From the sequence record MH791400.1: a DNA stretch of 64,000 nt; one strand, written 5' to 3'. A program made the translations under genes and the position numbers. The notes beneath the pieces were generated by a model. The model worked only from the letters and a program-made list of their open reading frames with translations. It did no database searches and was not told the DNA's origin. The first letter of the stretch is position 1. Every line of letters begins with the position of its first letter. Source of the DNA: Escherichia phage EcSzw-2. Below, one piece after another: positions 28,505 through 43,591 of the stretch.

Positions 28505-29361
28505 TATGAACTTCCTTCCTGTTGAGATTTATCTTTTCTGCCTTTGATGATTTGTGCAACTTCAGCCATTACACCATATTCACCACCTGCAACCGTTTCT
28601 TTACCGACAATAAAGTTGTCGTTACTGTTATTCGTTCTGCTCACATTCATATAATCTTTTGAAGTGCTTCCAGCAGTTCTATCAATTCTGAAATATCCGT
28701 CTCTTACACCTGCATCTGCTAAACTACCCAACAAGTTAGCCTCAAGAGAACCACCTGTGTTATTCGTTACAAGACCTCTGTTATTATCTGTTACAAACCA
28801 GTTGTCTTTGTCGTCAACGATGGCTAAGGCTGAGTCAGCAACCTCTACAGGTGTCCAAGCAGTACCATTCAAAGTCACATCCCTTAAGATGACTGCTGAA
28901 CCAATTGTTGTTGCAGCAATCTTTGAAAGTGTGTATGCTGTATCTAGAACGTTATTTCTCGTATTAACACGAATAACAATACCACCAGTCATCGGTGTAA
29001 TATGCTCAAACACCTGTGAAAATGTAGCATTGTAAAGTGTCATTACAGCATTTTGAAGAAACGCTGGAGTTGTGTCAGAACGTCTTAGGAAAATTTGGAT
29101 ATACAGCATTGCACGATATGAATCGTCATCAGCACCAAGAGGTCTAGGGACTTTAATCAAAGCCCCGATATTATCTAGTTGCTGACCAATAGCTGTACGG
29201 ATATTACGTTCTGTGTGCATCTGCCAAGTAATATCCTCTAACAATTGTAACTCATCTGTAATAGATTTCAATAGACTAGTGTAAATAAACTTTTCTTTGA
29301 ATTGAGTTACAGTTCTTTCATCCAATGTTTTGTAATAGACGTCTTCAATCTTTTCAAACAT
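28504..29361 (-). CDS. tail fibre/baseplate-associated protein (285 aa)
   Basis: ORF track; position. Confidence 0.4.
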   Translation of the reverse strand: MFEKIEDVYYKTLDERTVTQFKEKFIYTSLLKSITDELQLLEDITWQMHTERNIRTAIGQQLDNIGALIKVPRPLGADDDSYRAMLYIQIFLRRSDTTPAFLQNAVMTLYNATFSQVFEHITPMTGGIVIRVNTRNNVLDTAYTLSKIAATTIGSAVILRDVTLNGTAWTPVEVADSALAIVDDKDNWFVTDNNRGLVTNNTGGSLEANLLGSLADAGVRDGYFRIDRTAGSTSKDYMNVSRTNNSNDNFIVGKETVAGGEYGVMAEVAQIIKGRKDKSQQEGSS

Positions 29362-29363
29362 TG

Positions 29364-30832
29364 TTACTCCTTAGTGATAGTGTACTGGCTGCTTTCCCAT
29401 ACCGTATACTGGTCACCATCAACTGTGATTCTTGAAGTAGTGTACTGGTCATCCGAAGGTGGAACTGCTTGGTTATTTGAAAGAGCAACTTTAATTTCGT
29501 TGATTTCAATACCCTGAATAACGTCATAGATGTATCCATAGATTCTGTTAGGAATCACGTCATTACCAACTTTCAGAGTTCTACCATAATCGTTAATACC
29601 CTGTACAATACTGTCATGGATATCTTCTTCAGGAATTGTCAAGCTTTCTTCATCATACAACTCGTAAGTTACCTTAACAAAGACATACTTAGGTGTTGGT
29701 CTGCTGAAGTAAACGTTATGAGCCAAACCTCCAAGGTCGTATGCAGTACCAAAGATGGAACCATAAGCCCTGATACCAGCAGGTTTAGTATCCCAAATAG
29801 CTTGAGCAACGTTATCGTTCTGACCACCTACAACGACAATCTTGAAAGATTTCGGAGGAATACCGTCAGGGGTTGTTGTCTCAGTATCATTCTCCACACC
29901 TGAAGCATCTGACACACCCTGAACCCTCTTGACAGCAGCAACGATAGCATCTAAAGTACCTACACCGGTAACGGTTAAAGACTCTAGGTAACGCTGGCGA
30001 AGTTCTGTATCAGTTTCTTCATCACGTCCTGTTGTCAGGTCGTATCTGTTGAATACACTATCAAGGCCGTCTACAGTTGTTTCAATTTCAATCAGTGTTC
30101 CTGCCAAAGCTGGAATAGCACCAACCTGTTCAGCAACCACATCGTGAATTGTAGTAATCTTCGTAAAGCTTAAGAAGGTCGTTGCAGTAACAACCATAGG
30201 GTTTGTTCTGGCAATGATATCTCCTTCATCTTTGTAGATTCTTAGAGATGAGCCATCGTTAATAACTTCAGCTTTAGCAACAATACCACCATTGATAGCA
30301 TCTGCAAGTTCGTTTAGCAGAGTTGTGATAGTGTCTGAAGAAGTTGGCTGATAAGAGAAAACAACGTTATCAATAATGATAACATAGTTTGCATCAGTAC
30401 GTAAAGAGTTAACTTCTAAAACTGCTTCAACACAATAAGATGGTGTCAATGTGAATGTAGAAACTGGATAGAAAATATTACCAGCAGTACTTCTCAGTCT
30501 TGTTGTTGCAGGAATTGAAGCACCAGTTGTACCAGTAAATTCAGCCTGTCCTCTTGTAGCCTGAGCAACATATCTGTAGATTGCGTTTAAGGCTGTGATA
30601 TCATCTAGGTTGAATCCTTCAGCTTTATCAATGGTGTTGCCATCATAAATCTCAGACAGAACTTCATGGGTATCTGCCAAGGCTCTTGCTACTGATGCTA
30701 AGAACAGACCTAACTGGCTGTCTTCAGATACGTCAAGGTTTGGGGAGATATCTCTTAAAAGTCTTGCTTTGATATTATCAAAGATTTCTTGATATCTCAG
30801 TGTTTGTAATCCTGTTGCGGTTAATCCAGCCA

Positions 30833-30833
<1 letters not shown>
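29364..30833 (-). CDS. baseplate protein (J-like wedge, tentative)
   Basis: 489 aa; position between baseplate small proteins and fibres; no catalytic motif. Confidence 0.45.
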
Positions 30834-33989
<3,156 letters not shown>

Positions 33990-33990
<1 letters not shown>

Positions 33991-36230
33991 TATTCTTCCT
34001 CTGGGTAACTTGAGTTAAGAAGGATATCTTCTTGGTTCTTGTCCATGATATCAACCGTCTTATTAGCAATCTGCTTACCATCCAGATTGAATGAAACATT
34101 CAGGGTCTGTCTAGTCTGCATAGGGAAACCAGAAGGTGTCATCATCATTGGGGTTTGGTTGAACTTAGTTGCAAAGTTATTTAAAGACTCTGACAAGTTG
34201 TTCATGATAATATCCCAATTGGACATTCCATTATCAACAAAGCTACGATTACCTTGAGCATCTACAGAATATTGTGCAAACTGTAGCTGTCCATTCTGGT
34301 CAAAGAACATTGGACGTTTTGGGTTGGTAATGCTTGATACGGCATCTTCGAAAGGTTTTGGAAGATTTACTTCACTATATCTTCCGTTATTCTTTCTGTC
34401 TGTAGAACCGGATAACATCAATGATGAACCAACTGTACCAAGAGCCATTCTTGTTGCTGTGACTCCTGCAACACCTGCTGCTTCAGATGCGGCTGCTGCA
34501 CCACCTAAACCAAATCTCTGCATGATTTTTGCAAAGATACCTTCTTCAAAGATACTCTTAACGAATGCTACAGTCCCACCAAAGATTTTTGCAACCTTCG
34601 TGATAGCGGCAATTGCAACACCAATCATAGCAAAGGTTGAGACCAGTTCAGCAGAATCCTTGATAAGTTTCTGTTGACTTGCATCCAAATCCTTGTACCA
34701 TGCCATTGCAGAGTAGTACAGTGAAGATGTTCTATACATGATATCTGTTACGAAGTCAAGTAAGTTACCAGCACCTTTTAACAGGTAACCAATCACTGTA
34801 CCGAGTGCTTCAGCAGTACCCATAGAACCTTGTAAGAACATTGCAATGGATTGTGAAAGCTGTGAAATACCGTCGCTAGAGTTGTTAAACAATGCAACTA
34901 ACATGTTATCCCACATAGACTTTGCTTGACCCATTGAGGTAGCTGTCTGCTTAGATACGGCATTCATACCACCTGCTGCCTGTACCAACTCAGCCATCTT
35001 TTCAGATACCTTTGGAAGTACATCTTCAGCAAGGAGTTTACCGTCCTTCATCATCTTATCAAGTTCTTGTGGTGTCTTACCGATAGCGTCAGCAAACAGC
35101 TGTACAGCACCTGCCAAACGGTCACCTAACTGACCACGGAGTTCTTCAGCCTGAATCTTACCCTTAGAAGCCATCTGCTGGAAAGCAACCATGATACCTT
35201 TCAGGTCTTCGTCTGTTGCACCCCTGATACGGGAGAACATCGCAGCGTTCTTATAGAACTCCTGAGTTCCTTGGAATCCAAGAGCAGGTTGAGCACCAGC
35301 AGCAAAGTTTGCGTATTGCTTCATGGTCGCTGTGTAGTTCTGTCCAATCTGATGAGCGAACGATGCAGCGAACATTCTGGCTTGCTGTGTATCTGCTCCG
35401 AAGATAGCTGTTGAGGCTAACTGTGCAGATTGTCTTTTAACACCTGCATCAATTGTTTTCTGAGCCAATTCTAAGGCTGCATAAGCTGAAACAAAACCAC
35501 CAATCATCTGACGTAGAGATGAGTTAGCTCTTTCCTGAAGCCAAGCTGATTCTCTGACTGACTTGAGTCTAGCATTTTCTGCAATAACCCAACGCTTGGT
35601 AACGTCAATGAGCTTTTTGACTTCCATCTCATATTCACCGACTTTACCAGTTCCCTTATATTTGTTATAAAGACTTTGCAAGTTCCCTCTGAAGGAAGCT
35701 GCCATTTGATTACCTTGTCCACCAATAGTTTCAAGGCGACGTGTCAGACCAGAATAGAAGTTGTTGTTAAACATTCTTTCCATCTGTCTCTGAGCAATAT
35801 CGGGTCTTGGAGGTCTTGGGTTGCCACTTCCACCAGTAGGAGGGAAGCCAGTACCACCTTTTCTACCACCACGAACAGTGACTTTTCCATCAACTTTCAT
35901 AGCGTCTCTTAAAGCCTTGTTAATTTCCTTGGCAGTTTTTCTACCTTGCGTCTCCAGTCTTTTAAGAGATTTAACACCTTGTGAATCAAGGTTAAGGGAG
36001 TTGTTGAGTGCTTTATTGATTCTGCCCGAAGCAGTCTGAGCGTTTTTTACAATTCTGTTTAATGCTTCCTGTGAAGACTTATTAGGTTTCACGTCAAAGG
36101 CTTTGTTAATATTACGTTCAATTCGTTGAGCAGACTGCATAGCCATCTTTTCAACTCTCTGCAAACCTTTAACAACCTTTTCACTGAAACCCAACTCCAC
36201 AATAAAGCTATCAACTGTATATTGTGCCAT
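33990..36230 (-). CDS. tail tape measure protein
   Basis: 746 aa; Ala/Gly-rich hydrophobic central segments and extended helical regions; lies between tail-chaperone-sized ORFs and baseplate genes. Confidence 0.7.
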
Positions 36231-36469
36231 TAAATTTTACCTGCCCTTCTAAGTTCGTTATAAGCAATTTCTTCTTTGTATGACCTCTGGATTTCTAAAT
36301 ACTGTCGCAGAGATAATAAATCAGAGAAAGTCATTGAGAAGAGTTGGTCGAGTGTTTCTTTACACCCTTCCATACCGTAAATAGCAAGCACAAATTTCAT
36401 CTCATCTGCTTCTTCATAAGTTGCTGCTACAGCCCCATCAGTCAATGGGGTCTGCATAGCACTACTCAT
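36230..36469 (-). CDS. tail assembly chaperone-like small protein (79 aa)
   Basis: Position between tail tube and tape measure. Confidence 0.4.
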   Translation of the reverse strand: MSSAMQTPLTDGAVAATYEEADEMKFVLAIYGMEGCKETLDQLFSMTFSDLLSLRQYLEIQRSYKEEIAYNELRRAGKI

Positions 36470-36471
36470 GC

Positions 36472-36882
36472 TTACTGAGAAGTTAGGCTTTTGAAAATGC
36501 TTGCTTCGAAAAAACTTCCGAAATTAGCCTCCAGAGCAAATGCCAAGAAGTCAATAAATTCACCGTAGTTTGCTTGGAAGTATTTATCTACGTTTAGAGG
36601 GAAGTCATCTACAGTTGCACCTTGGAATAACAGAGCAGCCATTGAGTCAATATCGAGTTCATCAATACGGTCAAAGCAAGCTTCAACTAATTCTTTGAAA
36701 GGTACTGCTGTTACACTTTCTTCACCTTCTTTCTGCTCTTTCCCAGATAAACTTGAAAACATCTGAGCAATTGTCGGTACAACAACTTTACCAAGTTTCA
36801 TCGACATTTTAATACCATCTCTTGCACCTAGCAGGACAATATTCACTTTCTTACCATTAATAATTTTAGATTCTGTCTTCAT
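36472..36882 (-). CDS. tail assembly chaperone-like protein (136 aa)
   Basis: Position between tail tube and tape measure. Confidence 0.4.
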   Translation of the reverse strand: MKTESKIINGKKVNIVLLGARDGIKMSMKLGKVVVPTIAQMFSSLSGKEQKEGEESVTAVPFKELVEACFDRIDELDIDSMAALLFQGATVDDFPLNVDKYFQANYGEFIDFLAFALEANFGSFFEASIFKSLTSQ

Positions 36883-36904
36883 TGTGATTCCTTAAATTTC
36901 TTAG

Positions 36905-36945
36905 GTTCTATAAACGAAAAAAGGGAAGACCTTTTACAGTCTCCC
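36905..36945 (-). terminator. hairpin plus U6 on minus strand downstream of tail tube gene
   Basis: GGAAGAC...GTCTCCC imperfect inverted repeat; plus-strand AAAAAA 36917-36922. Confidence 0.4.
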
Positions 36946-36961
36946 CCTTATTAGGATGTTC

Positions 36962-37408
36962 TTAAACACTTGACGCAGGAATCGTAGAAGTGTAGTCTAG
37001 CTTCTCACAACCAAAAATCCAAGTTTTAGAGTTCTGGTCACGACCAAGTTCAATCTGTGGCAGTTCCTGCAACCATGCGTTAATACCAGTTGCCAGAACA
37101 GAACCAGATGGGTCGTAGATTACGAAGTTAGAAGAGATATCTACTTCAAGTTCCATGTCATCTTGTTTAGCTTGAATCGCAGAAAGCATCTGATTAGAGA
37201 GTGAAGTCTGCATTAACTCAATCTCAATAGTACCTGTCTTATCTGCGTTTCTTGTCAGAGCTACCTGACCACCTGCACCAACAACTGGTGTAACAAGTGG
37301 AGAAGTTCTCTGTAGACGTAAGAATGAATCTGGAGCAAAGCCTTCAATGGCAATACCATTCCAGCTACATACAACGTCTTTAGGGGAATATTGCTGATAC
37401 ATAGCCAT
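36962..37408 (-). CDS. tail tube protein
   Basis: 148 aa ORF directly downstream of sheath gene, followed by a terminator; typical myovirus order. Confidence 0.55.
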   Translation of the reverse strand: MAMYQQYSPKDVVCSWNGIAIEGFAPDSFLRLQRTSPLVTPVVGAGGQVALTRNADKTGTIEIELMQTSLSNQMLSAIQAKQDDMELEVDISSNFVIYDPSGSVLATGINAWLQELPQIELGRDQNSKTWIFGCEKLDYTSTIPASSV

Positions 37409-37423
37409 TCCAATTTACCTCTA

Positions 37424-38776
37424 TTATTCGTAAGCCACTGTACCTTTCAAGTCAACATCCAAGATAGCACCTGCTAAGATACCTGCGAAGGTAACATCTT
37501 TCAGGATACGAGCTTTCTTGTCTGCTAAAGCAACTTGAGAGGCTTTAGGAACATTAACTGTGTAAGATGACAGGAAGTTTCTGTTAACTGCTCTTTGCAG
37601 AGAGGTTTCAATGACCTGACGAATACGGGTAATACCAGTATCATCATAAGTAATCTTACCACCCTTCTGATTAATTAGCAAGTCTCTAAGAGAAGTTTTC
37701 AAGTCAGATTCTAACCAGTCAACACCACGGATGATATCAATCCATTCACCACCAGAAGTGATACCTCTACGTACAACTGGAACACCGCCATCAAGGTCGA
37801 TGAAGTTGCAGTGACGTACATCCAAAGCGGATTTCTGAATGCTTGTCAGAGGTCTCTGGTTAGCTGGCTGAAGAGATGCTTCAACACCAGTCAACTGAGC
37901 GTTACCCCAAGCAATGGAACCTGCGTCATATGGAGCACCATAAGCGATGTAAGCCATTTCTGGGTAGTCATAACTTGCAGTGTGATGCCATAGGCAAACA
38001 GTACGTGTGTACATGCTCTTAGCAAGTTGTGCAGGAACATCAGAAGCTGATGCCAATTCAGTACCTTGCAGGGCAGCTACATCAGAGTTAGCTGTGAAGA
38101 AAATCTTCTTACGAGCCTGAATCTCAGAAGCCATTGCCAAGACGAACTGTGTAGTTCTGTCTTCAGCAGAAATGAAGTACCAGTCAGTTGAGTACGTTTC
38201 AATTGCAGCCAGAGCACTTGCAGCAGTATCAGCAGTTGTACCAGCGATTGACACAGAACTTGTTGTTGATGTAACTTTTACGAAGTCATTGTCACCAGCT
38301 TTTGTAACAATCATGGTTGCAGAGCTACCAGTACCTGTTACGTTGATAGTAACATCATCTTTGATTGTTGGGTCAGCTTCAATCTGCTCTTTAAACTGCG
38401 TCAGTACAATCAGAGCGGTGTCATCAGCTTGAGCAGTGTATTGGTATGGCTGAGAAACCCCACCACCTACAGCAACCGTCAGAGAGTAATCTGTGCTTTC
38501 AGTTACTTCATCGGGGATTGAAACTGTATACTGCATAGCACGTCTACCAATATATAGCTGAGTTACTTTTGGAGTCTGACTCCATAGTTGTTTTGCAGCT
38601 TTATAAGCAGCAGTACTTTCACCGAAATCTTCAGCAACTTCAGTCAGAGAAGTATAGCCACGAACCCTTTCTTCAAAGTTGTCTGTTGACGCTAAGAATA
38701 ATGGTAGACCAAAACCTTCTCTCGTAGTTCCTGCGGTGTTCAATGTAATATCTACATTAACAATTGGATTCCACAT
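37424..38776 (-). CDS. contractile tail sheath protein
   Basis: 450 aa; position upstream of tube gene; size typical of sheath proteins. Confidence 0.65.
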   Translation of the reverse strand: MWNPIVNVDITLNTAGTTREGFGLPLFLASTDNFEERVRGYTSLTEVAEDFGESTAAYKAAKQLWSQTPKVTQLYIGRRAMQYTVSIPDEVTESTDYSLTVAVGGGVSQPYQYTAQADDTALIVLTQFKEQIEADPTIKDDVTINVTGTGSSATMIVTKAGDNDFVKVTSTTSSVSIAGTTADTAASALAAIETYSTDWYFISAEDRTTQFVLAMASEIQARKKIFFTANSDVAALQGTELASASDVPAQLAKSMYTRTVCLWHHTASYDYPEMAYIAYGAPYDAGSIAWGNAQLTGVEASLQPANQRPLTSIQKSALDVRHCNFIDLDGGVPVVRRGITSGGEWIDIIRGVDWLESDLKTSLRDLLINQKGGKITYDDTGITRIRQVIETSLQRAVNRNFLSSYTVNVPKASQVALADKKARILKDVTFAGILAGAILDVDLKGTVAYE

Positions 38777-39376
38777 TTATTTTACCCCTTTGGAGTCTAC
38801 ATCTAGATGGATAGTATATTCTGGTGGCTCCTGTCCTTCCTCATAAACCAACTCACCATCAACGATAACGCACTCAATAATACCGCCACGTTCATCTTTC
38901 AAGACTGAGTTCATTACAAGGGTTACAACAAGAGGTGCAGAATTTTCGAAATCTGTATTAAGATAAGTGTAATCATTCGGGATAGCTCCAGTATCAAGTA
39001 CCGTAGCACCTGTCTGTTCAAGCAAGAAATCCCTTGTGGAACTCATCTCTAACCTTTGTTTTAGCTCCAGCATAATACTGTGAGCACCTTTACCATTTAC
39101 AGTAATTAGTACGGGAATCTGAAAAGCAATTCGATAACAAACTACATCATCTTCCACGAATTTATCAAGTAGCCAACCATAAGGTGTTGTAGCATCTTGG
39201 CAGTATACTGTAATGAATGGCTGGTCAGGTTTTAAACCTTTATCGTTAGAGTTGTCAGAGGGGTAAGCCCTAATAACGTTTGGTCTGTTATTCTTATCAC
39301 GCGCTAATCGGTGACCAATAACATCTACCAAAGTTCTGACAATCCCTTTCTCAAGTTCTGCTGTTTCTAACTGCAT
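38777..39376 (-). CDS. hypothetical virion protein (199 aa)
   Basis: ORF track; head-tail joining region. Confidence 0.4.
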   Translation of the reverse strand: MQLETAELEKGIVRTLVDVIGHRLARDKNNRPNVIRAYPSDNSNDKGLKPDQPFITVYCQDATTPYGWLLDKFVEDDVVCYRIAFQIPVLITVNGKGAHSIMLELKQRLEMSSTRDFLLEQTGATVLDTGAIPNDYTYLNTDFENSAPLVVTLVMNSVLKDERGGIIECVIVDGELVYEEGQEPPEYTIHLDVDSKGVK

Positions 39377-39752
39377 TCATTTTATCCCTTCTAATAATGA
39401 TATATTCATAATGGGATGTGTAAGCTAATTGATTTGACCAGTCCATTGTCATAAATACTTCGTACTCGTGACCATCAATCATCACAATATCAGATTCAGT
39501 CCAATCAACATCATCAGATGTTCTCAACTTAGCTACAGTATAAAGGATTCTGGTATCAGTCAGTCGAATACCTTCAGGTAAAACAATCTGTGTACCATTC
39601 TTCACAGAACCCTTAATATATGGCTGGATATTACCTTTGCAGTTAATCTCTACAATATCTTCTGAAGCTACCCAATCACCATCGTTATTGTAATAACCAT
39701 CTTCAGATACTTTGCGCTTAACTACAAAGCGGTGTCTGTTTAAGAGTCTCAT
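39351..39752 (-). CDS. hypothetical virion protein (133 aa)
   Basis: ORF track. Confidence 0.4.
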   Translation of the reverse strand: MRLLNRHRFVVKRKVSEDGYYNNDGDWVASEDIVEINCKGNIQPYIKGSVKNGTQIVLPEGIRLTDTRILYTVAKLRTSDDVDWTESDIVMIDGHEYEVFMTMDWSNQLAYTSHYEYIIIRRDKMNAVRNSRT

Positions 39753-40231
39753 TTCTTAATACCTTTTTTAGTAGAAATTTTATAAGCAAGCTTGTCTCTC
39801 AAATCACCTGTCTCTACAAGAGGTGCGTTAAAACCTTTTTTCTTGACTGTGGAAGGTGCGTTAGGAGGAAGGATAGCAGTATTACCGAAGCCTCTTTTAA
39901 TTGACTTTTGAGCACTCTTTGCAAATGCTTCCAAAGTGTTTGTAGGGTCTACGTTAAGACTGTTAAGTTGCTTATAGAGATTCTTCTTAGTCTGCTCTAA
40001 CAAGGTCTGTCTGTTTAGCATCATAGTGATTTCAAACAACCTACGATATACTTTACCAGAAGCTGAGGGAACCCCAATAACTTCGTGTAAATACATTAAA
40101 GCAGGATAAGAAAAACCAGAGCTATGTTGACCTTGTTCTTGAAAATACCCAACTTGAGCATTAGCCGTATGCAAGTTCTTCATAGCCCCGACTAATTTAG
40201 CTCTCGCGGGGTGAATAACCCTTTTAACCAT
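39749..40231 (-). CDS. hypothetical head-tail connector/completion protein (160 aa)
   Basis: ORF track; position. Confidence 0.4.
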   Translation of the reverse strand: MVKRVIHPARAKLVGAMKNLHTANAQVGYFQEQGQHSSGFSYPALMYLHEVIGVPSASGKVYRRLFEITMMLNRQTLLEQTKKNLYKQLNSLNVDPTNTLEAFAKSAQKSIKRGFGNTAILPPNAPSTVKKKGFNAPLVETGDLRDKLAYKISTKKGIKK

Positions 40232-40683
40232 TATTCATCTCGCTCGATAATAAATACGCCATTGACATTAGGGCAGAAGTCTCTACCATGATATCTAGCA
40301 GCATCGCCATATTCAGTATATTTCTTGACAGAGCAAGGATTCTGTTGACGCCTGATATCAATATCACACTGACTAATCCCACCCGCATAAGGTAGACCAG
40401 ACACTGAACTTTTAATCAGGTCGTCGTAGACAGCTTTTAGAGACTTGAATCTGGAAGAGTTACGTAAGTAAACACCACCAACTTTCTCATCTCCCATCTT
40501 GGCTACTTGAAAGAGTAAATATTTAAGAGCTTTGATGGCTGCTTTCTTTTCGTCTTTACCAGATTCCACATAGAACCACTCTAGCACCGACTGCTCAATA
40601 AGAATTTCATCATTATTAGTGTCGGTGCAGAGGATTCTAACTCTATCAAGAGGGTTATTGGCTGGGTCGCCTGTATAACACAT
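40231..40683 (-). CDS. hypothetical virion protein (150 aa)
   Basis: ORF track. Confidence 0.4.
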   Translation of the reverse strand: MCYTGDPANNPLDRVRILCTDTNNDEILIEQSVLEWFYVESGKDEKKAAIKALKYLLFQVAKMGDEKVGGVYLRNSSRFKSLKAVYDDLIKSSVSGLPYAGGISQCDIDIRRQQNPCSVKKYTEYGDAARYHGRDFCPNVNGVFIIERDE

Positions 40684-40704
40684 TTATAACCCTCCTTTCA
40701 AGTA

Positions 40705-41817
40705 TTAGCCTTGTGGTGCAGCGTCAGAACGTACATCTACCAGCAACTGAGGACGTGTGCAGTATGGCAGCATGTAAGAGTGAGCTTCGAAGTCAATACC
40801 TTCGTCACGGTCTTTTTCGTATTCGAATACGTACAGTTCCTGACCAAGAGTATTCGCGTAACCCATCTTAGGACATGGGCCATATGCAACTTCGAAGATG
40901 TTGTTAGCTTCACCTAACATAGCGACGTTAGGGAACGCATGACCAACACCTACAGTGTTTGCTACGCCGTCGATGCTTACCAGAACGTGAGTCTTACCAC
41001 GCTTATCTTGGAACTTACCATTGTACTGAACAAACTTCACACCACCGTAGTAGAATGTGTTCATGTGAGCCTGAACTCCATCAGTACCACCAGTTCTCAG
41101 AGAGCCAGTAATCTGCTGCCAAGCCAGCGGAGTCTGCTGTGCAAGGTATGCGTCACGAATCTTCGGATGCTTGATAAGCTTGCTGAAGAACAGACGGTCA
41201 ACAACAATGTGAATTTCTTCACCGTTGATTACAGTACCAACTTTAGCTTCATCTTCCATGTGCATACGAAGTTCTTCGATAGCAGCGTCGATATCAGCGT
41301 TTGGATTGTCAAGGTCGAAGTAAACAGTCTTCTTCTCAACGTCGAACTGCTTGAACAGGTCAGCGTACAGAACACCGTTAGCGTCGATTACTTTACCCTT
41401 CAGAGCTTGCATGAACAAGAACTCACGAGTAATATCGAACTTGGTACGAATCTTCATCAGCTTACGAGCACGAACGATAGCTTCAGTAGTCAGTTCGTTT
41501 GCAGTGCCTGGCTGACGTACACCCTGAATCTCATCAGGAGTAATGCTTTCCACTTCCTTGAAGTACATCATTGGGAAGCTAATCTGCTTAACTCTTTCTG
41601 GAGCACTCGTCTCAGCTTTACGGCTGGTACGGTCTACTGCATCCAGTAAGCTAATGTCAGACTCAGTTAAATCCATCAGAAAAGTAGTCTGAGTAATTGG
41701 GGCAGAACGGAAAAGACCCAAACCGGAAATATAACCGTAAGTATTTGGGATAGACTGGACTTCACCAGTCAGGTCAGCAAGGAAAAATCTGCTTTTTTCA
41801 GAATTAGTTAATGCCAT
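40705..41817 (-). CDS. major capsid protein (lambda gpE-like, tentative family)
   Basis: 370 aa; gene order portal - S49 protease/scaffold - small decoration-like protein - this ORF mirrors lambda B-C-D-E; the large antisense ORF 40939-41649 is a shadow of this gene. Confidence 0.6.
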   Translation of the reverse strand: MALTNSEKSRFFLADLTGEVQSIPNTYGYISGLGLFRSAPITQTTFLMDLTESDISLLDAVDRTSRKAETSAPERVKQISFPMMYFKEVESITPDEIQGVRQPGTANELTTEAIVRARKLMKIRTKFDITREFLFMQALKGKVIDANGVLYADLFKQFDVEKKTVYFDLDNPNADIDAAIEELRMHMEDEAKVGTVINGEEIHIVVDRLFFSKLIKHPKIRDAYLAQQTPLAWQQITGSLRTGGTDGVQAHMNTFYYGGVKFVQYNGKFQDKRGKTHVLVSIDGVANTVGVGHAFPNVAMLGEANNIFEVAYGPCPKMGYANTLGQELYVFEYEKDRDEGIDFEAHSYMLPYCTRPQLLVDVRSDAAPQG

Positions 41818-41847
41818 TATAAAATTCTCCAGAATGTCTTATTGTTA

Positions 41848-42225
41848 TTACAGGCCAGTTGGTACGAAATCAATGCCTTTTGCTTTCAGAGCCGCCTTAA
41901 CTGCGTCGGCATCAACATCTTCAGCCAGAGTTAAGAGGTCTTTCAGTTCAGCATCACGGTAGATACCAACAACTTTCAACTGACCGTGGTAAGACAGTTG
42001 CAGGTCTGCGTAGAAGTTAACGATGCAAACAGAATCAGCCTGAGCTTCTTCACCAGTTGCAACTTTGGTTCCATCGGCTTTCAGAACTTCACCTACACGG
42101 TATTCTGTAGCAGCGACTGGAGCGTACTCTTTACGAGAGTGACCTGTTGGTGTAATCTGTTCCCAAAGAATGATATCATTCAGTGGTTCTCTGTTACCTA
42201 AGTGAGTAAAACCTTCATATGCCAT
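41848..42225 (-). CDS. head decoration-like protein (125 aa)
   Basis: Size and position between protease/scaffold and capsid genes. Confidence 0.4.
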   Translation of the reverse strand: MAYEGFTHLGNREPLNDIILWEQITPTGHSRKEYAPVAATEYRVGEVLKADGTKVATGEEAQADSVCIVNFYADLQLSYHGQLKVVGIYRDAELKDLLTLAEDVDADAVKAALKAKGIDFVPTGL

Positions 42226-42237
42226 TATTTGTGTTCC

Positions 42238-43590
42238 TTATTTGATAAGAGATTTCAAAGCATTCTGGAGAGCCAGTTTGCGTTGTTCTGCGGTGTCATC
42301 AGATGCGTTTTCAGAAGGTTTTTCTTCGTCAACCAGTTCTGCTTCACCGTCATTACCCATTTCTTCCATTGCGTTAGAGTGTTCCAGAACAGCACCAGCA
42401 GTTTCTTTAAGCTTAGTGATTTCGGAATCTTTCTCTGACAGTGCAGAAGCATGAGCCGCGATAGTTTCATTTAGTTTCTGGTTAGCACCTTCCATAGCAT
42501 TCATAAAGAGAACACTCAGAGGGTTGTCAAGACCAGCGCCTAAGATAGCCTGAGCAGCTTCTGTTGCGTCAAACCCGAAAGCTTCAGCAGAAGCAGAAAT
42601 CTTACCAGTCAGTTCAGACATAGTTTTTTCCTGTTCTTTTGCTTTCATCTGAGCAACCTGAGCGCGTAGAGCCTCTAGTTCTTGCTTTTCTTGTTCAGTC
42701 ATTTCTTCACCTGAATTGTTAACGTTTAAACTTACAGGAGCTTCATCAGAACCTTGTAAGTAATTTAAGAAATCATCTTGAGACATGATTGAATTAATTA
42801 AACCAAGTTCAAGAGCTTCCTGAGCAGAATAAACATTCGCCTCAGTATTCTTTACAGCTTCTTCAGAGATATTACGTGCATCAGCTACAAAACCTGTGAA
42901 GGTGTTATAGGTGTCATTAATTCTCTGTTGAAGTCTTGTTTTGCTTTCTTCTGAGAGTGCTTGGAATGGAGAACCTAAACCTTTAAATTCACCAGCTTTA
43001 ATAACGTTAATTGTAACGCCATTCTTTTCAAATGCTTTAGTTAACTCTTGGTGAACCATAATTACACCGATTGAACCAACATCTGCATCTGGTGATGCAA
43101 TTACTTCATCAGCAGAACATGCAAGTGCATACGCAGCGGAACATGCGAACTCATCAACATATGCTACAATTTTCTTTTTGCCTCTGGAGGCTACGATGTG
43201 ACGTGCTAATTCAAAACAACCTGAAGCTTCACCACCACCAGAATCAACGTGCAGTACAATTGTCTTAATAGATTCATCTGCTAAAGCTTCGTCGAAGCCT
43301 CTGCGCAAACCTTCATAAGAACTTAGACCACCAGTACACATTGCATCCATAAAGGTCATACGATGTGTTAGGCCACCCATAATAGGGATAATAGCAATGT
43401 CGTCTTTAACTTTTAAAAGACTTCTTGCCTCACCTTTAGGTTTGTCGAAATTGACTGCTGCTTGAACTTCACCTAACAAGCGGTTATTTACATAAGTCGC
43501 TGCTGAGTGAGCTAGAGATTCAGTGGCTAGTAAAGGTTGGTTGAATAATCTATCAGCAAGTCTGAAGATATTTGAACTCATTTTACTCAC
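42238..43590 (-). CDS. prohead protease (S49/ClpP-like) fused to scaffold-like C-terminal coiled coil
   Basis: 450 aa; peptidase-like core (TIVLHVDSGGGEASG...VDEFACSAAYALACSADEVIASPDADVGSIGV) then Glu/Lys/Ala-rich helical tail. Confidence 0.6.
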   Translation of the reverse strand: MSKMSSNIFRLADRLFNQPLLATESLAHSAATYVNNRLLGEVQAAVNFDKPKGEARSLLKVKDDIAIIPIMGGLTHRMTFMDAMCTGGLSSYEGLRRGFDEALADESIKTIVLHVDSGGGEASGCFELARHIVASRGKKKIVAYVDEFACSAAYALACSADEVIASPDADVGSIGVIMVHQELTKAFEKNGVTINVIKAGEFKGLGSPFQALSEESKTRLQQRINDTYNTFTGFVADARNISEEAVKNTEANVYSAQEALELGLINSIMSQDDFLNYLQGSDEAPVSLNVNNSGEEMTEQEKQELEALRAQVAQMKAKEQEKTMSELTGKISASAEAFGFDATEAAQAILGAGLDNPLSVLFMNAMEGANQKLNETIAAHASALSEKDSEITKLKETAGAVLEHSNAMEEMGNDGEAELVDEEKPSENASDDTAEQRKLALQNALKSLIK

Positions 43591-43591
43591 C

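Noticed and set aside
40939-41649. 236-aa plus-strand ORF inside the capsid gene, and similar antisense ORFs (4407-4706, 11751-12110, 15493-15882, 15913-16341, 24708-24977, 28664-29035, 34324-34677, 46514-46810)
   Set aside because: They lie antisense within well-supported genes, lack ribosome-binding sites and have low-complexity composition; treated as shadow ORFs.
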